Of a DNA stretch of 64,000 bases, positions 61,878 through 64,000 are shown in pieces; positions within the stretch are counted from its first letter, which is position 1, and each line of letters opens with the position of its first letter. The stretch comes from Fibrobacteria bacterium (GTDB taxonomy: Bacteria > Fibrobacterota > Fibrobacteria > UBA11236 > JADFYW01). A program made the position numbers and the translations under genes. The stretch spans positions 108,193 through 172,192 of the forward strand of contig JBNKOC010000024.1 of the NCBI GenBank assembly GCA_050294405.1. The letters run 5' to 3'. The notes below the pieces were generated by a model. The model saw nothing but the letters and a program-made list of their open reading frames with translations. It did no database searches and was not told the DNA's origin.

Positions 61878-62138
61878 TTAATTCTCATCATTTTTTGTTT
61901 CCACCGTTTCGCGGTCTACAAATTCAAAAATTTCCTGGTTAAAGTTGCGGGAAAGCTCCACCAAGTATTCTTCTTCAGGGCTAATTTCTAGTAGGTAGTA
62001 TCCACCAGATATATATTCCGATTGAATCATTAACGAATCTAAGTTATAGATATCTCCCTGCTTGCGGCCTTCGGTTTTTGTTTCTTTTGAAAAACTGGTA
62101 ACCGCTAAAACAGACAATATTACTAATGCTTTTTTCAT
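61878..62138 (-). CDS. Small secreted hypothetical protein (putative ECF target)
   Basis: MKKALVILSVLAVTSFS signal peptide; RBS AAGGA; ECF-type promoter upstream. Confidence 0.75.
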   Translation of the reverse strand: MKKALVILSVLAVTSFSKETKTEGRKQGDIYNLDSLMIQSEYISGGYYLLEISPEEEYLVELSRNFNQEIFEFVDRETVETKNDEN

Positions 62139-62166
62139 AGGATTCCTTTTGGTTTAGTGATGTTTA

Positions 62167-62195
62167 TTAGACAAACCAAAAGCCTTTAGGTTCCC
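62167..62195 (-). promoter_or_regulatory. ECF sigma promoter
   Basis: Minus strand GGGAACC-N16-GTCTAA. Confidence 0.8.
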
Positions 62196-62197
62196 AG

Positions 62198-63073
62198 TTA
62201 ATGGGAAATAGTAATTTCAATTTTTAAATCGTCCCCGGCGGAAAGGCGAAAAAGCTGAGTTGTAGGGCTACCCAGATTTTGTAGCTCCGACACAAACTGG
62301 GGAAAGTTCTTTTGAGGTATTATGCCTGCTACTCTGCTGTTTATAGAATCTGGAAAGCTTTGAACTTCTCTCGACTTAAAACGGGCAAATAATTTTTTTA
62401 GCAAATCAAGCGATTGGTCTTGGTTTTCGGAGCTAATAACAAGCTCTACGGGAAGTACATTGTTATGGCTTAACACAAGGCCCTGAAAATCCGATGCCCG
62501 CCGGGAAGGCATTAGTTCCACTAAATTTAACCCCTTGTCATTCAGCTTATATATAGCATCTGGGTTTTTTATCCAATGGGGAACTTCTTTGGTTTTAAAT
62601 ACATAATCTCCTTCGGCACTGGTATACCCTGCCAGTGTGTCTTTTACATCCTTATTAGCTATTTCTATGGGTTCAACAACATCAGTTTTTACCTCTGTAT
62701 CGGAGGGAATAATTTTAGGCATTTTTTCTGCAAGCTGATTTTTTTCTATTTCTGGAGCTTCTGGCGTTTTGTGTGTTGGGTCGAGTTTTGTTGTAGGCTC
62801 TGATTCAGGCTGTGTGGGACTAACAATTTGAGGGGCTTTGGGATTTTTATTTGTAAAAGTCAGCAGGGCTACCAATATTAGCATAGCAACAAGGGCAGCC
62901 CATGCCAGTGGTTTAGGTGCAAATAAACGCTTAAATATCTTTACCTTGGGTTGGGATATTTTTTGAATCTCCCCTATTCTGTGTAATACATCCTCTGCAA
63001 ATTCGGGAGGTGCTGGAAGCTTTTCTAGCTTTTTAAAAGCCGCATCCAATTTTTGTTGCTCGGAATGTCCCAT
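62198..63073 (-). CDS. Single-TM anti-sigma factor candidate
   Basis: PAPPEFAEDVL.RI cytoplasmic motif, one TM helix, periplasmic tail; TAATG coupling to the sigma gene. Confidence 0.7.
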   Translation of the reverse strand: MGHSEQQKLDAAFKKLEKLPAPPEFAEDVLHRIGEIQKISQPKVKIFKRLFAPKPLAWAALVAMLILVALLTFTNKNPKAPQIVSPTQPESEPTTKLDPTHKTPEAPEIEKNQLAEKMPKIIPSDTEVKTDVVEPIEIANKDVKDTLAGYTSAEGDYVFKTKEVPHWIKNPDAIYKLNDKGLNLVELMPSRRASDFQGLVLSHNNVLPVELVISSENQDQSLDLLKKLFARFKSREVQSFPDSINSRVAGIIPQKNFPQFVSELQNLGSPTTQLFRLSAGDDLKIEITISH

Positions 63074-63654
63074 TATAGAAAACCCTCCAGGCATATTCGC
63101 AAATTATCCCTAGCCCTTGCTAGTCGCGATTTAATAGTTCCTACATTTTGTTTGGTTATCTTAGAAATTTCTTCATAAGAAACCCCCTCAACATTACGCA
63201 ATACCACCAGCTCTCTGTGTATTTTATGTAACTTGGCTATACAACTTTGCAGCTTCTCAGCCAATTGTTTTGCCTCTAATTCATGGGATTGGTTCTGAGC
63301 TTTCTCTACCCCATCCGATATGTTATTAAAGACGGTTGTTTTGCTTCGCAATCGGTACTCTAGCGACTTAACCTTATTTTTGCAATTGTTAAGGGCGATT
63401 CGATAAAGCCAGGTTGAAAATTGGGAATCAAAACGAAAGCCACTTAAATTTTTCCAGACTTTTACAAAAGTTTCCTGAGCACATTCATTGGCATCGTCCA
63501 TGTTACCCAAAAAGCGAAAACACAAATTAAAAACCATGTCTTTGTATTTATGGAGGAGCCAGCTAAAAGCCATTTCGTTCCCATTATTAAATTGCCTAAC
63601 CCATTGTTCATCTTCCCTGGCAGATTCTTGTTTTTGGGCCAAATTTGGATTCAC
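63073..63654 (-). CDS. ECF sigma-70 factor (RpoE/SigW-like)
   Basis: AQETFVKVW..L..F...SQFSTWLYRIA.N; SYEEIS......GTIKSRLARAR. Confidence 0.95.
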   Translation of the reverse strand: MNPNLAQKQESAREDEQWVRQFNNGNEMAFSWLLHKYKDMVFNLCFRFLGNMDDANECAQETFVKVWKNLSGFRFDSQFSTWLYRIALNNCKNKVKSLEYRLRSKTTVFNNISDGVEKAQNQSHELEAKQLAEKLQSCIAKLHKIHRELVVLRNVEGVSYEEISKITKQNVGTIKSRLARARDNLRICLEGFL

Positions 63655-63659
63655 AGCTA

Positions 63660-63688
63660 TTAGACAACTCCAAAAGGAAAAGGTTCCC
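63660..63688 (-). promoter_or_regulatory. Autoregulatory ECF promoter
   Basis: Minus strand GGGAACC-N16-GTCTAA, with 5 nt between it and the GTG start. Confidence 0.8.
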
Positions 63689-63729
63689 TTTTATTTTAGG
63701 AAAAATTTGCGATAATGGCCTACTTCACT

Positions 63730-63768
63730 AAAAAAAAAAGACTACCATCTGCCGATAGTAGTCTTTTT
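63730..63768 (-). terminator. Rho-independent terminator (possibly bidirectional)
   Basis: A-run/AAAAGACTAC...GTAGTCTTTT hairpin downstream of the OmpA gene stop. Confidence 0.75.
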
Positions 63769-63790
63769 AGTAAGGGCTATGGAATAAAAC

Positions 63791-64000
63791 TTATTTGATA
63801 AGCTTTAGTTCTACCCGTCTATTTTTTTCTCGGCCCTCTGCAGAGTCATTTTCAGCTACAGGATCCGCAGAACCATATCCTACGGCAATTAACCTTTCAG
63901 CTGCTATTCCTCGCATTACGATATATTCTTTTACAGATTCAGCTCTCTGTTGAGACAGCTTTTTATTAACAGCTTCACTACCAACATTATCCGTATGACC
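63791..64000 (-). CDS. OmpA C-terminal peptidoglycan-binding domain (partial, runs off window end)
   Basis: Manual translation GHTDNVGSEAVNKKLSQQRAESVKEY...GYGSADPVAENDSAEGREKNRRVELKLIK*. Confidence 0.92.
   Translation of the reverse strand, partial: GHTDNVGSEAVNKKLSQQRAESVKEYIVMRGIAAERLIAVGYGSADPVAENDSAEGREKNRRVELKLIK

Noticed and set aside
1..64000. CRISPR array, rRNA, tRNA, transposase or integrase
   Set aside because: No regularly spaced direct repeats, cloverleaf or rRNA signatures, or DDE/tyrosine-recombinase motifs seen by eye; a covariance search was not run

Overview
Gene-dense, AT-rich bacterial chromosome segment, most likely from a free-living Fibrobacterota genome (inferred from tandem FISUMP/Fib_succ_major domains, a fibro-slime protein, Fibrobacter-type GH9, and GH45 and GH5 cellulases). 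Contents in order: (1) a TonB/2xExbD/ExbB motor operon with a pseudo-receiver gene, a sigma54-type promoter and two identical TGTGA-N6-TCACA boxes; (2) a TetR-TolC-HlyD-ABC exporter operon; (3) many secreted CAZyme-like or adhesin-like proteins (GH99-like, RICIN-FISUMP, GH5, CE1-like esterase, M6 protease, CBM4, GH43, fibro-slime, SMP-30, GH45, GH9), most with a degenerate C-terminal Y(D/N)LxG(K/R) sorting-like module; (4) a ynbA/ynbB/plsC-like lipid operon; (5) cysK and a sulfur/respiratory cluster of ArsR, an octaheme OTR-family cytochrome, a 7-heme cytochrome c/cytochrome b fusion, YeeE, and a YeeE-rhodanese ending in a SoxY-like GGCG tail; (6) a two-domain adenylate kinase; (7) a defence-island remnant with an hsdR'-'hsdS deletion scar, rhuM, HTH-DUF4065 (Panacea-type) antitoxin plus RelE-like toxin, and radC; (8) an ECF sigma/anti-sigma locus with two matching GGAACC-N16-GTCTAA promoters. 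Several genes are broken by deletions or homopolymer frameshifts. I saw no rRNA, tRNA, CRISPR array or transposase. All family calls come from motif recognition by eye; no database search was run.
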